A stretch of 64,000 nt of DNA from Candidatus Aminicenantes bacterium (GCA_026991555.1 JALXBI010000009.1:8984-72983); one strand, 5' to 3'; positions 1-9,919 are shown, counted from the first letter of the stretch. The notes: generated by a model not told the origin, from the sequence alone. Numbers and translations: made by a program.

Positions 1-2
1 TT

Positions 3-1532
3 TTCAGAAATCTTTCCCCGGGAATTTATCACTTCAAAATAAGCATTTTCAGTGCGGAGAAGCTGAAAAGGGAGATAGAGCTTAACAGGGACATGGACCT
101 GAGCCTTCGGGTTCACCTTACTTCCCTTGACAGGGCCCTTATTTTTACCAGGGAGCTTTCCGACATTGCCTGGGGCACATGGATGATAATCCTTCTTGTG
201 GGCACAGGAATCATCCTCACCTTTGCCACCGGATGGGTTCAGATAAGAAAACTGGTCTCTGCCTTCAGGGAGGTTTTCCGGGGGGCCCTTCACCGGGGAT
301 ATCTTGGCAAGGAGGAAGGGGACATATCGCCCTTTGCTGCCCTTATGACGGCGCTTGCGGCCACGGTGGGAAACGGTAACATAGCCGGGGTTGCAACGGC
401 CATTGCCACTGGCGGGCCTGGGGCTCCCTTCTGGATGTGGGTCGCGGGGCTTTTCGGCATGGCCACCAAGTATGCGGAGGGTTTTCTTGGGGTGAAGTTC
501 AGGAAGAAAATGCCCACAGGAGAGATGGCTGGAGGTCCCATGTATTATGCCAGGTATGGGATAAAGTGGAAGCCTGCGGCGAAGTTCTTAGGGGCGCTCT
601 TTGCCATATCCGCCTCCATAACGGCCCTTCTGGGCACCGGCAACATGGCCCAGTCCAATTCCATGGCCCTTGCCTTCAAGACCCAGTTTGGAATACCTGC
701 CTGGATAACCGGGGCTGCCATAACTGCCATGGTTGGGATAGTGGTTATCGGTGGGATAAAGAAGATAGGGAGCGTCTCCGAGAAGCTTGTTCCTGCCATG
801 ATTGTCCTTTATGTTCTCGGTGGGACTGTGGTTATCCTGGTTAATTTCGCAAAAATTCCCCAGGCCTTTCTTCTCATATTTGAATCAGCCTTTTCCGTAA
901 AGGCTGTGGGAGGGGCCCTGGTGGGCACCACCGTTGCCCAGGCGATTTCCATAGGGGTAAGGCGTGGGGTTCTGTCCAACGAGAGCGGACTGGGTTCTGC
1001 CGCCATAGCCCAGGCGGCCTCCCGTTCCCCGGAGCCGGTTTACAACGGCCTTATAGCCATGACAGGCACCTTCATAGACACCATATTCGTAAACACCTTC
1101 ACCACCCTCACCATAATACTCTCGGGGGCCTATCTTTACACTGCGGCCTACGGTTCTTCCAAAGGCCTTACCTCCACTGCCCTTACCATAGCGGCCTTTG
1201 AATCGGCCATTCCCCATCCCTTCGGCGGTGCCATAATAGCCCTGGCGTCTTTTCTTTTCGGATATTCCACCCTGATTGCCTGGTGTTATTACGGGGAGAA
1301 GTCCTTTGAATACATAGCCGGGAGCCGGGTGGTTGTTCCCTACAGGCTGGTATTTATAAGCCTTACCTTCATAGGGGCCATTGTTCAGGGACCTTACCTG
1401 AACATAATCTGGTATACAGGTGACTCTGCCAATGCCCTTATGGCCCTTCCCAACCTTGTGGCCCTTCTATTTCTGGTAAATGTGGTGAGGAAGGAGACTG
1501 TGGATAAGTTATACAGAAGGAACCTCTGGTAA
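3..1532 (+). CDS. Alanine/glycine:cation symporter (AGCS family), 5'-truncated by the window edge, with an N-terminal extension
   Basis: AGCS motifs ALAATVGNGNIAGVA, GGPGAPFWMW, GGPMYY, SNESGLGS. The frame is open from position 3 into the ATG at 93. Confidence 0.93.
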   Translation, partial: FRNLSPGIYHFKISIFSAEKLKREIELNRDMDLSLRVHLTSLDRALIFTRELSDIAWGTWMIILLVGTGIILTFATGWVQIRKLVSAFREVFRGALHRGYLGKEEGDISPFAALMTALAATVGNGNIAGVATAIATGGPGAPFWMWVAGLFGMATKYAEGFLGVKFRKKMPTGEMAGGPMYYARYGIKWKPAAKFLGALFAISASITALLGTGNMAQSNSMALAFKTQFGIPAWITGAAITAMVGIVVIGGIKKIGSVSEKLVPAMIVLYVLGGTVVILVNFAKIPQAFLLIFESAFSVKAVGGALVGTTVAQAISIGVRRGVLSNESGLGSAAIAQAASRSPEPVYNGLIAMTGTFIDTIFVNTFTTLTIILSGAYLYTAAYGSSKGLTSTALTIAAFESAIPHPFGGAIIALASFLFGYSTLIAWCYYGEKSFEYIAGSRVVVPYRLVFISLTFIGAIVQGPYLNIIWYTGDSANALMALPNLVALLFLVNVVRKETVDKLYRRNLW

Positions 1533-2405
1533 GACCACGAAGTTTTCCAGAACCCCAACCCTTTCGATTTCTATTCTTATTTGGTCACCTTCCTTGAGGA
1601 AAACCTGGGGTTTTCTGAAAAATCCTACCCCTGCCGGGGTTCCTGTGCAGATTATGTCTCCCGGGGAAAGGGTTATGTCCTTAGAAATGAAAGAAATAAT
1701 ATAATCCACGGGGAAGACCATTTTTGAAGTGGAAGAATCCTGCATGGGCTTTCCGTTCAGGTCCAGTTTTATGTGAAGGGAATGGGGGTCTTCCACCTGG
1801 TCTGCGGTGGTTATAAAGGGGCCCAGGGGGAGGAAGGTATCAAAGGTTTTTCCCCTCACCCATTGTCCGTCTCCGAACTGGCAGTCCCGAGCGCTTACAT
1901 CGTTGCCCGCGGTGTAGCCTAAAATGTGCTTGTAGGCTTCAGCGGGCTCAATCCCCTTCCCTCCCTTTCCTATAACCACCACAAGTTCCGCCTCGTAATC
2001 CACCATCTTGGAGCTTCTGGGAAGAATTATTTTTCCCCTGTGACCTACAAGAGCGTTCCTGTATTTGGCGAAAATAACCGGATTTTTCGGGGGTTCCTTT
2101 CCCTGTTCCTGGCAATGGTCTATATAGTTTCTTCCTAAGCAGATAATTTTCTCCGGGGAGGGCACAGGAGGGAGAAATTTAACATTTTCCTTTTTATAGA
2201 GAAGATCCTCGTCAGGCTCCTCCAGAATTTCCCATAGGCGGCGGAGGAAGGGAACAGTTCCCTCGGTTTTTATATATTTTTCAGCATCTGATGCAGGAAC
2301 GGAGATTCCCTGTCTTTGGGCAAAATCCAGAACATCCACCAGTTTGTCCTTCCAGGGAAATACCGGCCTTTTCCCCCTTTCAGTGAGTATTAAACCGAAC
2401 TTCAT
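1509..2405 (-). CDS. Fumarylacetoacetate hydrolase family protein
   Basis: KIICLGRNY, DYEAEL, NDVSARD, GKTFDTF, GDIICTGTP. Confidence 0.95.
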   Translation of the reverse strand: MKFGLILTERGKRPVFPWKDKLVDVLDFAQRQGISVPASDAEKYIKTEGTVPFLRRLWEILEEPDEDLLYKKENVKFLPPVPSPEKIICLGRNYIDHCQEQGKEPPKNPVIFAKYRNALVGHRGKIILPRSSKMVDYEAELVVVIGKGGKGIEPAEAYKHILGYTAGNDVSARDCQFGDGQWVRGKTFDTFLPLGPFITTADQVEDPHSLHIKLDLNGKPMQDSSTSKMVFPVDYIISFISKDITLSPGDIICTGTPAGVGFFRKPQVFLKEGDQIRIEIERVGVLENFVVLPEVPSV

Positions 2406-3076
2406 TTTTCCTCCTTTTTACCTATATAAAGGACGACTATTCCCAGGGAGAGTTTAAAATAGTTTACCGAAAATCCTGCCCTTTCCATAAGCTCGATTAC
2501 CTGCTCCGGTTTAAGGAAATGCTCTATGGATCGGGACAGGTGAAGATAGGCTTCCCTTTTTCCGGTTATAAGTCCTCCCAGGAAAGGGACCAGTTTTTTG
2601 AGGTATAGCTTGTAAAAGGGGCGGAGAAACCAGGAGGGTTCCGGGGAAAATTCGAGTATAGCCAGTCTCCCACCTGGCCTGAGAATCCTGTAGGCTTCCC
2701 TAATCCCTAAGGAAGGGTCCTTCAGATTTCTCAGTCCAAATCCCATCACCGCTGCGTCAAAACTTTCCTCCCTGAGGGGAAGTCGGAGAGCATCCCCCAA
2801 TACAACTGGAAGGTTCTTGAGCCTTTTTCTTGCGATTTTCAGCATGGAATAACTCAAATCCAGGGCTAAGGGTTTTGCTCCGTATTTAAGGGCAATGGCA
2901 GAAAGGTCTCCGGTGCCAGCGCATATGTCCAGTATTCTCGTGTGCTTTTCAGGGGATATTTCCTTTATGGTTTTTGCCCTCCAGTGAAAATCAAGGCCCA
3001 GGCTGAGGAGGTGATTCAGCAGGTTATACCGTGGGGCTATGGAGGAGAAAAGTTCCACTATTCCCTTATTTTTCAT
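2402..3076 (-). CDS. menG: UbiE/MenG demethylmenaquinone methyltransferase
   Basis: IAPRYNLLNHLLSLG, LDICAGTGD, FGLRN, AYLHLSRSI. Confidence 0.88.
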   Translation of the reverse strand: MKNKGIVELFSSIAPRYNLLNHLLSLGLDFHWRAKTIKEISPEKHTRILDICAGTGDLSAIALKYGAKPLALDLSYSMLKIARKRLKNLPVVLGDALRLPLREESFDAAVMGFGLRNLKDPSLGIREAYRILRPGGRLAILEFSPEPSWFLRPFYKLYLKKLVPFLGGLITGKREAYLHLSRSIEHFLKPEQVIELMERAGFSVNYFKLSLGIVVLYIGKKEEK

Positions 3077-3830
3077 CCCTGGCTACAAGATAAACGAGGG
3101 AATAAAGGAGAAGATTGAGAAGAAAATAGGGCAGTATTGTCCGGGTGGTCTGGAGGGAGAAATCATAGGCCCAGTGCAGGAAAGGGGGAATTATCACGGT
3201 GGCCAGAAACCATAAAAACCTGAGTCTGCCCCGCAATGTTTGATAGAAAAAGAGGGCCATGAGGGCGCTCAGGCTTAGATGTATGGGGAAGAGATTCCTG
3301 AGGGCGAAGGTGGAAAAGCCGAATTTGGTTCCGTAAAGGTAGTTTTCCAGGGACCCGAAAATAGCGCCCACCGAGGCGCCTGCCACTATGGAGTCCTTCC
3401 TGTTCCTGATTTTTCCCATAAGAAAAAGTATGAAAATACTTACAAACTTGAATCCCTCCTCCCTCAGCCCCACCTGAACGAATCTGAAGGCAAAGGGTTC
3501 CCTAACTACGACGAATTTGAGCAGGAAAGGCAGGGTTAAAAGGGTGAGAAGATATGCCGTTGGCCATAACCTCAGGGGAGCCTGGGGCTCAAGGATAATC
3601 ACCAGGGAGGTAAAGACTATAAGGGAAACTAAGCTGGAAGCCAGATGAAATTTTCCCGTGAAGGAATAAATCAAAGAATAATAAATCACAAATACGGAAA
3701 ACAGAGTAATGGTGGTTAGTATAAGATTCAACCTTTCAGGCCTTTCTATCTTCTCCCTTATAAGGAGAATGGCTGAATACTTAACCAGGAAATAACCTAT
3801 ACCTAAGGCCAGAGCGATTCTAAGGAGCAT
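3066..3830 (-). CDS. PrsW-family intramembrane glutamic protease
   Basis: Multi-TM protein with EExxK (REEGFK), FxxxEN (FGSLEN), a His (PIH) and HxxxD (HWAYD). Confidence 0.8.
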   Translation of the reverse strand: MLLRIALALGIGYFLVKYSAILLIREKIERPERLNLILTTITLFSVFVIYYSLIYSFTGKFHLASSLVSLIVFTSLVIILEPQAPLRLWPTAYLLTLLTLPFLLKFVVVREPFAFRFVQVGLREEGFKFVSIFILFLMGKIRNRKDSIVAGASVGAIFGSLENYLYGTKFGFSTFALRNLFPIHLSLSALMALFFYQTLRGRLRFLWFLATVIIPPFLHWAYDFSLQTTRTILPYFLLNLLLYSLVYLVARDEK

Positions 3831-4863
3831 TTTTTAACCTCTTGGCCAGGATTATGAACTCCTCGTATTTGGCCGGGTTTCTCCTGGCCATGGAAAGAAA
3901 CATGTTCAGATATCTGGTGTAATATTCCCTGAAACCCAAGGCACGATAGGTAATACCCAGGGCTAAGTAACATAGGGGGGCAGAGCATTTTTTTAAGGTG
4001 GTGGCAAAATCATTGGCCAGTTTCAGGTTGGAGGGAAAATTTTGGGCCAGGGAGGACAGGATATCAAACACCCATCTGGTCCTTAGATTTTCTTCCCTCT
4101 CCTTCCATAAAATGTAGAAGGCAGTGTATTTGAAGAGCGGATAGTAGAAGTCATAATTGAGCAACTCAAGGGAACGGGGAATATATTTCTCCATCTGGGC
4201 GAATCTGTTTTCCTCCCAGAGGAGTTTGAGAACATAGGTAAGGGGGTCAAAGGCCAGGGCAGGATACGGGGAAGCTAAGGAAAGGGAGGTTCTGGCGTAG
4301 ATAAGTGCCCTTTTTCTGTCTCCCTCCCTTTCCTTCAAGTTGGCCAGGGCCAGAAGTATTCTGCTTTTTACTTTAGGATTGCCGGTTCTTACCAGAAGTT
4401 CCCTGAGGATTTCTTCCCCCTTTTTGAAATTAAGCCCACCGAGGCTGTAGTAAAGCTGAATATCCTGAAGGGTTTCCCTTTCTTCGGAAGATAGGGGCTC
4501 CTGGCTCCAATCGTAACCCACAAGTTCCAGATAACCGGAATCAAAATAATAGGAAACCAGGAGTTTTTCAGGTTTTCCCCCTATAAAAGCTCCTCCTTTA
4601 AAAGAAGGAGGAAAGAAGGGTTTTTTCAGGGAAAAAAGGCCCATGAGTATAAGCAGGAAAAAAAGCACCAGGAAGCCCGGAAGCAGGGAATCCCTTGCTA
4701 TGCGTTTTGCCATTTCCTTCCGGGCCCTTTTCCTTTTCTCCCCTTCCATTTCCTCCAGAAAGGATCCAGAGGATTTCCCAGCCTTCAGGGCATCCAGGAG
4801 TTTTTCTAAAAGGTAAATTTCCCTCCTTTTCAGGTAAACGAGAATTCTCCTTTCCCTGTCCAT
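3820..4863 (-). CDS. Single-pass membrane protein with a TPR-like extracytoplasmic region
   Basis: About 60-aa charged N-terminus, TM segment (GFLVLFFLLILMGLF), TPR-like helices (ILLALANLKEREGDRKRAL, CYLALGITYRALG). Confidence 0.6.
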   Translation of the reverse strand: MDRERRILVYLKRREIYLLEKLLDALKAGKSSGSFLEEMEGEKRKRARKEMAKRIARDSLLPGFLVLFFLLILMGLFSLKKPFFPPSFKGGAFIGGKPEKLLVSYYFDSGYLELVGYDWSQEPLSSEERETLQDIQLYYSLGGLNFKKGEEILRELLVRTGNPKVKSRILLALANLKEREGDRKRALIYARTSLSLASPYPALAFDPLTYVLKLLWEENRFAQMEKYIPRSLELLNYDFYYPLFKYTAFYILWKEREENLRTRWVFDILSSLAQNFPSNLKLANDFATTLKKCSAPLCYLALGITYRALGFREYYTRYLNMFLSMARRNPAKYEEFIILAKRLKNAP

Positions 4864-4866
4864 GGC

Positions 4867-5466
4867 TCAGAAGTTCACCACAGGAATGGTCCCCGCCAAC
4901 GAACATCCGTAAACGAAATACCAGCCCTTCTGGAGAAAGGAAACAGAAACCACGAAGTTTTCCTGCAGAGCCTCTTTCATTATGGAAGAGGCCAGGTTCA
5001 CGCCTTCGCTGTCCAGGATTATTATGAACATCCCCCATCTGGAAGGCTTCTTTACGTGCCAGAGCCTTTTTATCCTGGAGATTAAAAGATGGGGTTCCTT
5101 CCATGCGGGCTTTAAGACCTTATGCTTATCTGGGACAAAGCCCACGCAAAAAACATCCCCCTGGTCCCCATCCCTTACCGGTTCTATATCAACATTGATG
5201 AGGGAAACGGGAAACCCTTCAAGGAGTTTTTCCAGGTCCTTCTCCCTCAAAAATTCCGCGCCCTGGCCGGTCACGAAAACAGTTATTCTTTTTTGAATGT
5301 CCCGTTTGCCTATGTAAATGGGTAAATATTCCGTTTTTATGGCCCTTACCGTTTTCTTTTCGTGCCATGAAACCATCACCAGAAGGGAAAGGAGAACGAA
5401 GAATACCCCCACCATGGTAACAGAAAGATCAGCGAAGGGGGTAAAATCTGGTTCTATTCTGTCCAT
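4867..5466 (-). CDS. ExbD/TolR-like protein
   Basis: N-terminal DFTPFADLSVTMVGVFFVLL TM with the conserved Asp; downstream of an ExbB homolog. Confidence 0.6.
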   Translation of the reverse strand: MDRIEPDFTPFADLSVTMVGVFFVLLSLLVMVSWHEKKTVRAIKTEYLPIYIGKRDIQKRITVFVTGQGAEFLREKDLEKLLEGFPVSLINVDIEPVRDGDQGDVFCVGFVPDKHKVLKPAWKEPHLLISRIKRLWHVKKPSRWGMFIIILDSEGVNLASSIMKEALQENFVVSVSFLQKGWYFVYGCSLAGTIPVVNF

Positions 5467-5987
5467 AGCACACAGACCTTGCGATAAACCTTTTCTTCCA
5501 TGGGGATATAACTAAGGGGGAGAAAGCTATTAGAATTTTTAAGAAGTTGCCATACTTCCTTTTCAATGGTTTTTATCCACGTAAATCCCTGGGGAGGTAC
5601 CATAAAGACCACTCCGCATAACTCTTTTTTAGGCAGGTCTTTGCTGTTTATCCTTATACATTCCCGTATTTTCCTTTTTACCTCCTGCCTTGTTATGAGG
5701 GAAGGATGGCCCTGGGGGGATAAATACTTTACCCTTTCCGAAGAGTCCACTATAAAGACCATGGGCTTAAGGTTGAAAATGAAATCCCTTTTGGCCTTTA
5801 TGGTGGTTATTTTGCCCTTTTTTACCACAAAACTGTAGTATTCCCGGAGGAGTCTCTTGGCTTCCCGATAGTTTTCCTCCCTGGGCATGGAAGCAAAACC
5901 CCATATAAGAAACAGGAGAATCCCCGTGAAGGAGAACATCAGGTCCACTATGGATACCAGGTTAAAATTCCCGTTTTTCCAGCTCAT
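5454..5987 (-). CDS. ExbD/TolR-like protein
   Basis: N-terminal FNLVSIVDLMFSFTGILLFLI TM with the conserved Asp; overlaps the ExbB homolog. Confidence 0.6.
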   Translation of the reverse strand: MSWKNGNFNLVSIVDLMFSFTGILLFLIWGFASMPREENYREAKRLLREYYSFVVKKGKITTIKAKRDFIFNLKPMVFIVDSSERVKYLSPQGHPSLITRQEVKRKIRECIRINSKDLPKKELCGVVFMVPPQGFTWIKTIEKEVWQLLKNSNSFLPLSYIPMEEKVYRKVCVLWTE

Positions 5988-6834
5988 TTAGGAGGTTTTC
6001 CTTCTCCCTTTCTCCTAAGGAAAGGAGAAGAGCTTTGGATATAGTTGCCAGAATTTTTGCCCCCTCCTCCATCCTTGATATTATCCTTTCCATCCTTTCC
6101 TCAAGCTCCGAAAGATTAAGCCCCAGAGTAACTGATTTTTCCCCGGGGAATTCCAGGGAAGGAATTATTTTCTCCATTAAAAAACCCTGGAGCAGGGTTA
6201 CGGAGGAATTTACTTTTTTCCAGGCCAAGGAGTAGAGGAACATGAGAATAAGCACGAGAACCAACCCCAGAAATGTGGTATCAAAGGCCGTATAAAGCCC
6301 CTGACTTACCTGGGAAAAGGAACGAACAAAGGAAGATGTCCCTTCCCCGACCCGGAACCCTGCAATGGCCATGGTTACCCCCACCACGGTGCCTATAAAG
6401 CCCATAAGTGGCAGGGCCCATATAACCACCCTGGTCAAAACAAAACGGTCTTCCGCCCAATTCCTGAAGGAGCTGAAAAAAGATGATGTAAGGGCTACCA
6501 GTTCTTCCCGGTCCTTTGCATTTTCCGCAAACTTAAGGAAGGGGGAAAGAAGTAAATCAAGCATACCCCTCCTTTTTTTCTCCTTTAAACATTCAATGCT
6601 GGAGCACCTTACCAGATCCCCTGAGCGAAACAGATCCTGGAATTCCCTGTAGGTTAACCATAGATGAAAGATCCCCACCAGAAAAACCAGGAAAATTATC
6701 TTGGAGTAAATCTGACCTGCGAAAACCCTCAGCAGATAGGCACTGTCAGGAAGAAAGGGCAGAGGAAAGAGATAATAAAAAACCAGCCATACTACGGCAG
6801 AATAGAGCAAAATTTTGAAATTTTTTCCCTTCAT
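5962..6834 (-). CDS. MotA/TolQ/ExbB proton channel family protein
   Basis: LPLMGFIGTVVG and GLYTAFDTTFLGL channel helices. Confidence 0.9.
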   Translation of the reverse strand: MKGKNFKILLYSAVVWLVFYYLFPLPFLPDSAYLLRVFAGQIYSKIIFLVFLVGIFHLWLTYREFQDLFRSGDLVRCSSIECLKEKKRRGMLDLLLSPFLKFAENAKDREELVALTSSFFSSFRNWAEDRFVLTRVVIWALPLMGFIGTVVGVTMAIAGFRVGEGTSSFVRSFSQVSQGLYTAFDTTFLGLVLVLILMFLYSLAWKKVNSSVTLLQGFLMEKIIPSLEFPGEKSVTLGLNLSELEERMERIISRMEEGAKILATISKALLLSLGEREKENLLNELEKREF

Positions 6835-6878
6835 CCCGGAAAGTTTACCAGAAATGAATAAGAGGATAAAATTCCCCT

Positions 6879-8327
6879 ATGCTTGCCTATTTTCTGGCTA
6901 TTTTTGCCAGCGCTGCCCTCTCCCTTTCATTTTCCTTCTTTACATGGCAATTTTCTCTCCTCGCCTTCCTTTCATATTCCCTGCTCTTTTCAGCAATGGC
7001 GAGGAAGAGGAATTTCCTGGTGGGATTTGTGGGGGGAATTTCCTTTTTCCTTCCCTCCCTTTACTGGATAGTTCCTACTCTGAAAAAATATGGGGGAGTT
7101 TCCTATTTTCTCGGCTCGGTGGCCCTGCTCTCCTTAGCTGCCTATCTTGCTCTTTATTTCGGACTTTTTTCCTGGTGCTTGAAATTTTTAAAGGGAAACT
7201 GGATTTATTTTTCCCCCTTCCTTTGGGTGGGCCTTGAAGTTTTAAGGGAAATATTATTTACCGGGTTTCCCTGGGGAAGCCTGGGTTATACCGTTTCGGC
7301 GGATTTGCCCTTCCTTCAGTGGGCCTCTTTGGGAGGGATATATATTCTCAGTTTTTTAATGGTGGGCTTTGCCCTGCTCCTTCAGAGAAGAAGGGTTCTT
7401 ATGGCATTTTTCCTCCTTCTCCTTTTTCATTTGATGGGTTTCCTTATGATAGGGCCCTATGTCAGGGGAAACATAAGGGTGGCGGTGCTTCAAAACCGGT
7501 GGGATTTTTCTCCCCCAATTACCCCGGTAAAAGCAAGGGAAGTGTTATCGGAATACGAAGACCTTGGCAACAGGGCAGCGGAAGAGGGCGTTGACCTTAT
7601 AGTTTTTCCCGAAACTACCGTTCCCTTTATCTATCTATCCGAACCCTACTGGCAGAATTATATAAAGGGCCTTTCCTCCCGCTGGAAGGCATGGCTGGTT
7701 TTCTCCGCCACATGGGTGGAAAAGGAGAAGTTCTACAATTCAGTTTTTTCCATATCCCCGGAGGGAGGGATGTGGAGATACGATAAAATTCACTTAGTCC
7801 CCTTCGGGGAATACAATCCCGTTCCTTTTCTCAAAAGAATTATCCCCAGGATTGCCATGGAGATAGGGGATTTTTCTCCGGGCAAAAATATTTCCCTTCT
7901 CCGTTTTCAGGATGAAAAATTCGCCTCTCCGGTTTGCTACGAGGCCATTTTTCCGGAGCTTGTGAGGGAAATGGTTGAAAAGGGAGCAGAATTCCTCGTC
8001 AATGTAACCAACGATGCCTGGTATGGCAGAACCTCCGCACCATGGCAACATTTTTATCAGGCAAGGTTGAGGGCAGTGGAAAATAGAAGATACCTCATCA
8101 GGGCAGCCTCCTCCGGTATAAGCGCAGTGGTGGACCCCTACGGAAGGATTCTTCAGCGGTCTCAAATATACAGGACCGAGTTTATAAAGGGGGCCATTTC
8201 CCCCAGAAGAAATTTCAGTTTTTACACTATCACCGGTAAATACCAGAGGATGTTTTATCCCACCTTTTCCCTTTTCCTCCTTGTTTTCCTTCTGGTCAAG
8301 GGAATTTTCAGGAGAAATCCTATATAA
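6879..8327 (+). CDS. lnt: Apolipoprotein N-acyltransferase
   Basis: GFPWGSLGY, FPET, YDKIHLVPFGEY, VCYEAIF, TNDAWYG, RAVENRR. Confidence 0.96.
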   Translation: MLAYFLAIFASAALSLSFSFFTWQFSLLAFLSYSLLFSAMARKRNFLVGFVGGISFFLPSLYWIVPTLKKYGGVSYFLGSVALLSLAAYLALYFGLFSWCLKFLKGNWIYFSPFLWVGLEVLREILFTGFPWGSLGYTVSADLPFLQWASLGGIYILSFLMVGFALLLQRRRVLMAFFLLLLFHLMGFLMIGPYVRGNIRVAVLQNRWDFSPPITPVKAREVLSEYEDLGNRAAEEGVDLIVFPETTVPFIYLSEPYWQNYIKGLSSRWKAWLVFSATWVEKEKFYNSVFSISPEGGMWRYDKIHLVPFGEYNPVPFLKRIIPRIAMEIGDFSPGKNISLLRFQDEKFASPVCYEAIFPELVREMVEKGAEFLVNVTNDAWYGRTSAPWQHFYQARLRAVENRRYLIRAASSGISAVVDPYGRILQRSQIYRTEFIKGAISPRRNFSFYTITGKYQRMFYPTFSLFLLVFLLVKGIFRRNPI

Positions 8328-8335
8328 TTTAATCA

Positions 8336-9919
8336 ATGATTGAGTTCCTGAGAATAAAAAACCTGGCAGTGGTGGAAGAAGCGGAGCTGGAATTGGGGGA
8401 AGGCTTCGTGGCGCTTACCGGGGAAACAGGAGCTGGAAAGTCCATCATAGTGGGTAGTCTGAAAGCCCTGGTAGGGGGAAAGCCTGACCCGGATTCCATA
8501 AGAACCGGGAAGGAAAAGGCGAGAATAGAGGTAATGGTTGAGGGGAGGATTTTGACCCTTGAAATAGGCAAAAAACGCTCGAGAGCCCTCCTGGACGGGC
8601 AGATGGTTCCCCTGAAGAAGCTTTCCCAGGAGGCCTCCCGGTACATAGACATTTTCGGCCAGAGGGACCACTATTTTCTTTTAGAACCTGAAAGGCACCT
8701 TGAGTTTTTAGATGCCTACATCGGGGCCATGAGCCTCAGGGAGAAGGTATTGCGGGCCTGGGAGGAGTTTCAGGATAGCCTCAGGAAGTTGAGGGAAGCG
8801 GAGGAGAGAAGGGAGGAGGTAGAAAGGGAAAGGGAGCTTTTGGGTTTCCAGATTCAGGAGATAGAAAGGGCCAACATAAAGCCCGGGGAGGACCTTGAGC
8901 TGGAAAAAAAGAGGGAATTCCTCCTCAGGAAAGAAAGGTTGAAGGAGGCCCTTTTGAGGGTGAATGGGGAAATGGAGGGGGAAGGAGGGGTTTACGAGAG
9001 GCTCTGGGAGGTTAAAAAGGCCCTGGAAGAGCTCGGAGGGGCTTTCCCGGAGTTTAACCCCCACCTGGAGGACGTTCAGAATTTCCTCTCAGCCCTTTCG
9101 GACCTGGCAAGGCTGGTGGGAGAGAAGCTTGCCTACATAGAGGAAGAGGACATAAGCCTTGAGGAGGTAGAGGAAAGACTGGCCCTTCTTGAGAGGCTCA
9201 AGAGAAAATATGGTCCCACCCTGGAGGAAGTTATTTCCTACAGGAAGAAGGCAGAGGAAAAACTCGCCCTCTTGGAGAGAAGTTTTGACCTTGCAGGGCT
9301 CAGAGAGCAGGTAAAGAGGACAAAGGAAGAATTCCTTGAACTGGCTAAGCAGCTCTCTGAAAAAAGGAAAAAGGGAAAGGAAAAGCTGGAGAAGGAACTG
9401 ATTTCCAGGCTAAAAAAACTGGCCCTGGAAAGGGCAAGGATGGAACTGAGGCTGAGGGAGGTTCCCCCTTATGCTTGGGGTCTTGAGGAAGGGGAATTCT
9501 ATTTTTCCGCCAATCCAGGCGAGGAACTCAAACCATTGAGAAAAATAGCCTCAGGGGGGGAACTCTCCAGGGTGATGCTTGCCTTAAAGAGCCTTTTTGC
9601 AGAGAGGGGGAAAACCTTTGTTTTTGACGAGATAGACACGGGCATTGGTGGTAGAACCTCCTTTGAGTTAGGTAAAATGCTGAGGGAGCTTGCCAGAACC
9701 AATCAGATTATCGTGGTTACTCATCTGCCTCAGGTGGCTGCCTTTGCGGAACAGCATTTTCTGGTGGAGAAGGAGGTCCGGGGAGGGAGAACTTATACCA
9801 AGGTCAGGGAGCTCTCCCCGGATGAAAGATTAAGGGAATTGGCCAGGATGCTCTCAGGGAAAGTAACCCCCTCTTCCTTAGAAAACGCCAAGGAGCTTAT
9901 GGAAAGGGTTACTTCCTGA
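8336..9919 (+). CDS. recN: DNA repair protein RecN
   Basis: TGETGAGKS, coiled coil, ASGGELSR, FDEIDTGIGG, THLPQVAA. Confidence 0.96.
   Translation: MIEFLRIKNLAVVEEAELELGEGFVALTGETGAGKSIIVGSLKALVGGKPDPDSIRTGKEKARIEVMVEGRILTLEIGKKRSRALLDGQMVPLKKLSQEASRYIDIFGQRDHYFLLEPERHLEFLDAYIGAMSLREKVLRAWEEFQDSLRKLREAEERREEVERERELLGFQIQEIERANIKPGEDLELEKKREFLLRKERLKEALLRVNGEMEGEGGVYERLWEVKKALEELGGAFPEFNPHLEDVQNFLSALSDLARLVGEKLAYIEEEDISLEEVEERLALLERLKRKYGPTLEEVISYRKKAEEKLALLERSFDLAGLREQVKRTKEEFLELAKQLSEKRKKGKEKLEKELISRLKKLALERARMELRLREVPPYAWGLEEGEFYFSANPGEELKPLRKIASGGELSRVMLALKSLFAERGKTFVFDEIDTGIGGRTSFELGKMLRELARTNQIIVVTHLPQVAAFAEQHFLVEKEVRGGRTYTKVRELSPDERLRELARMLSGKVTPSSLENAKELMERVTS

Noticed and set aside
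4867..6834. Zorya (ZorAB) or flagellar MotAB
   Set aside because: No long ZorA tail, no OmpA-like peptidoglycan-binding motif in the partners, and no zorC/D/E or flagellar genes
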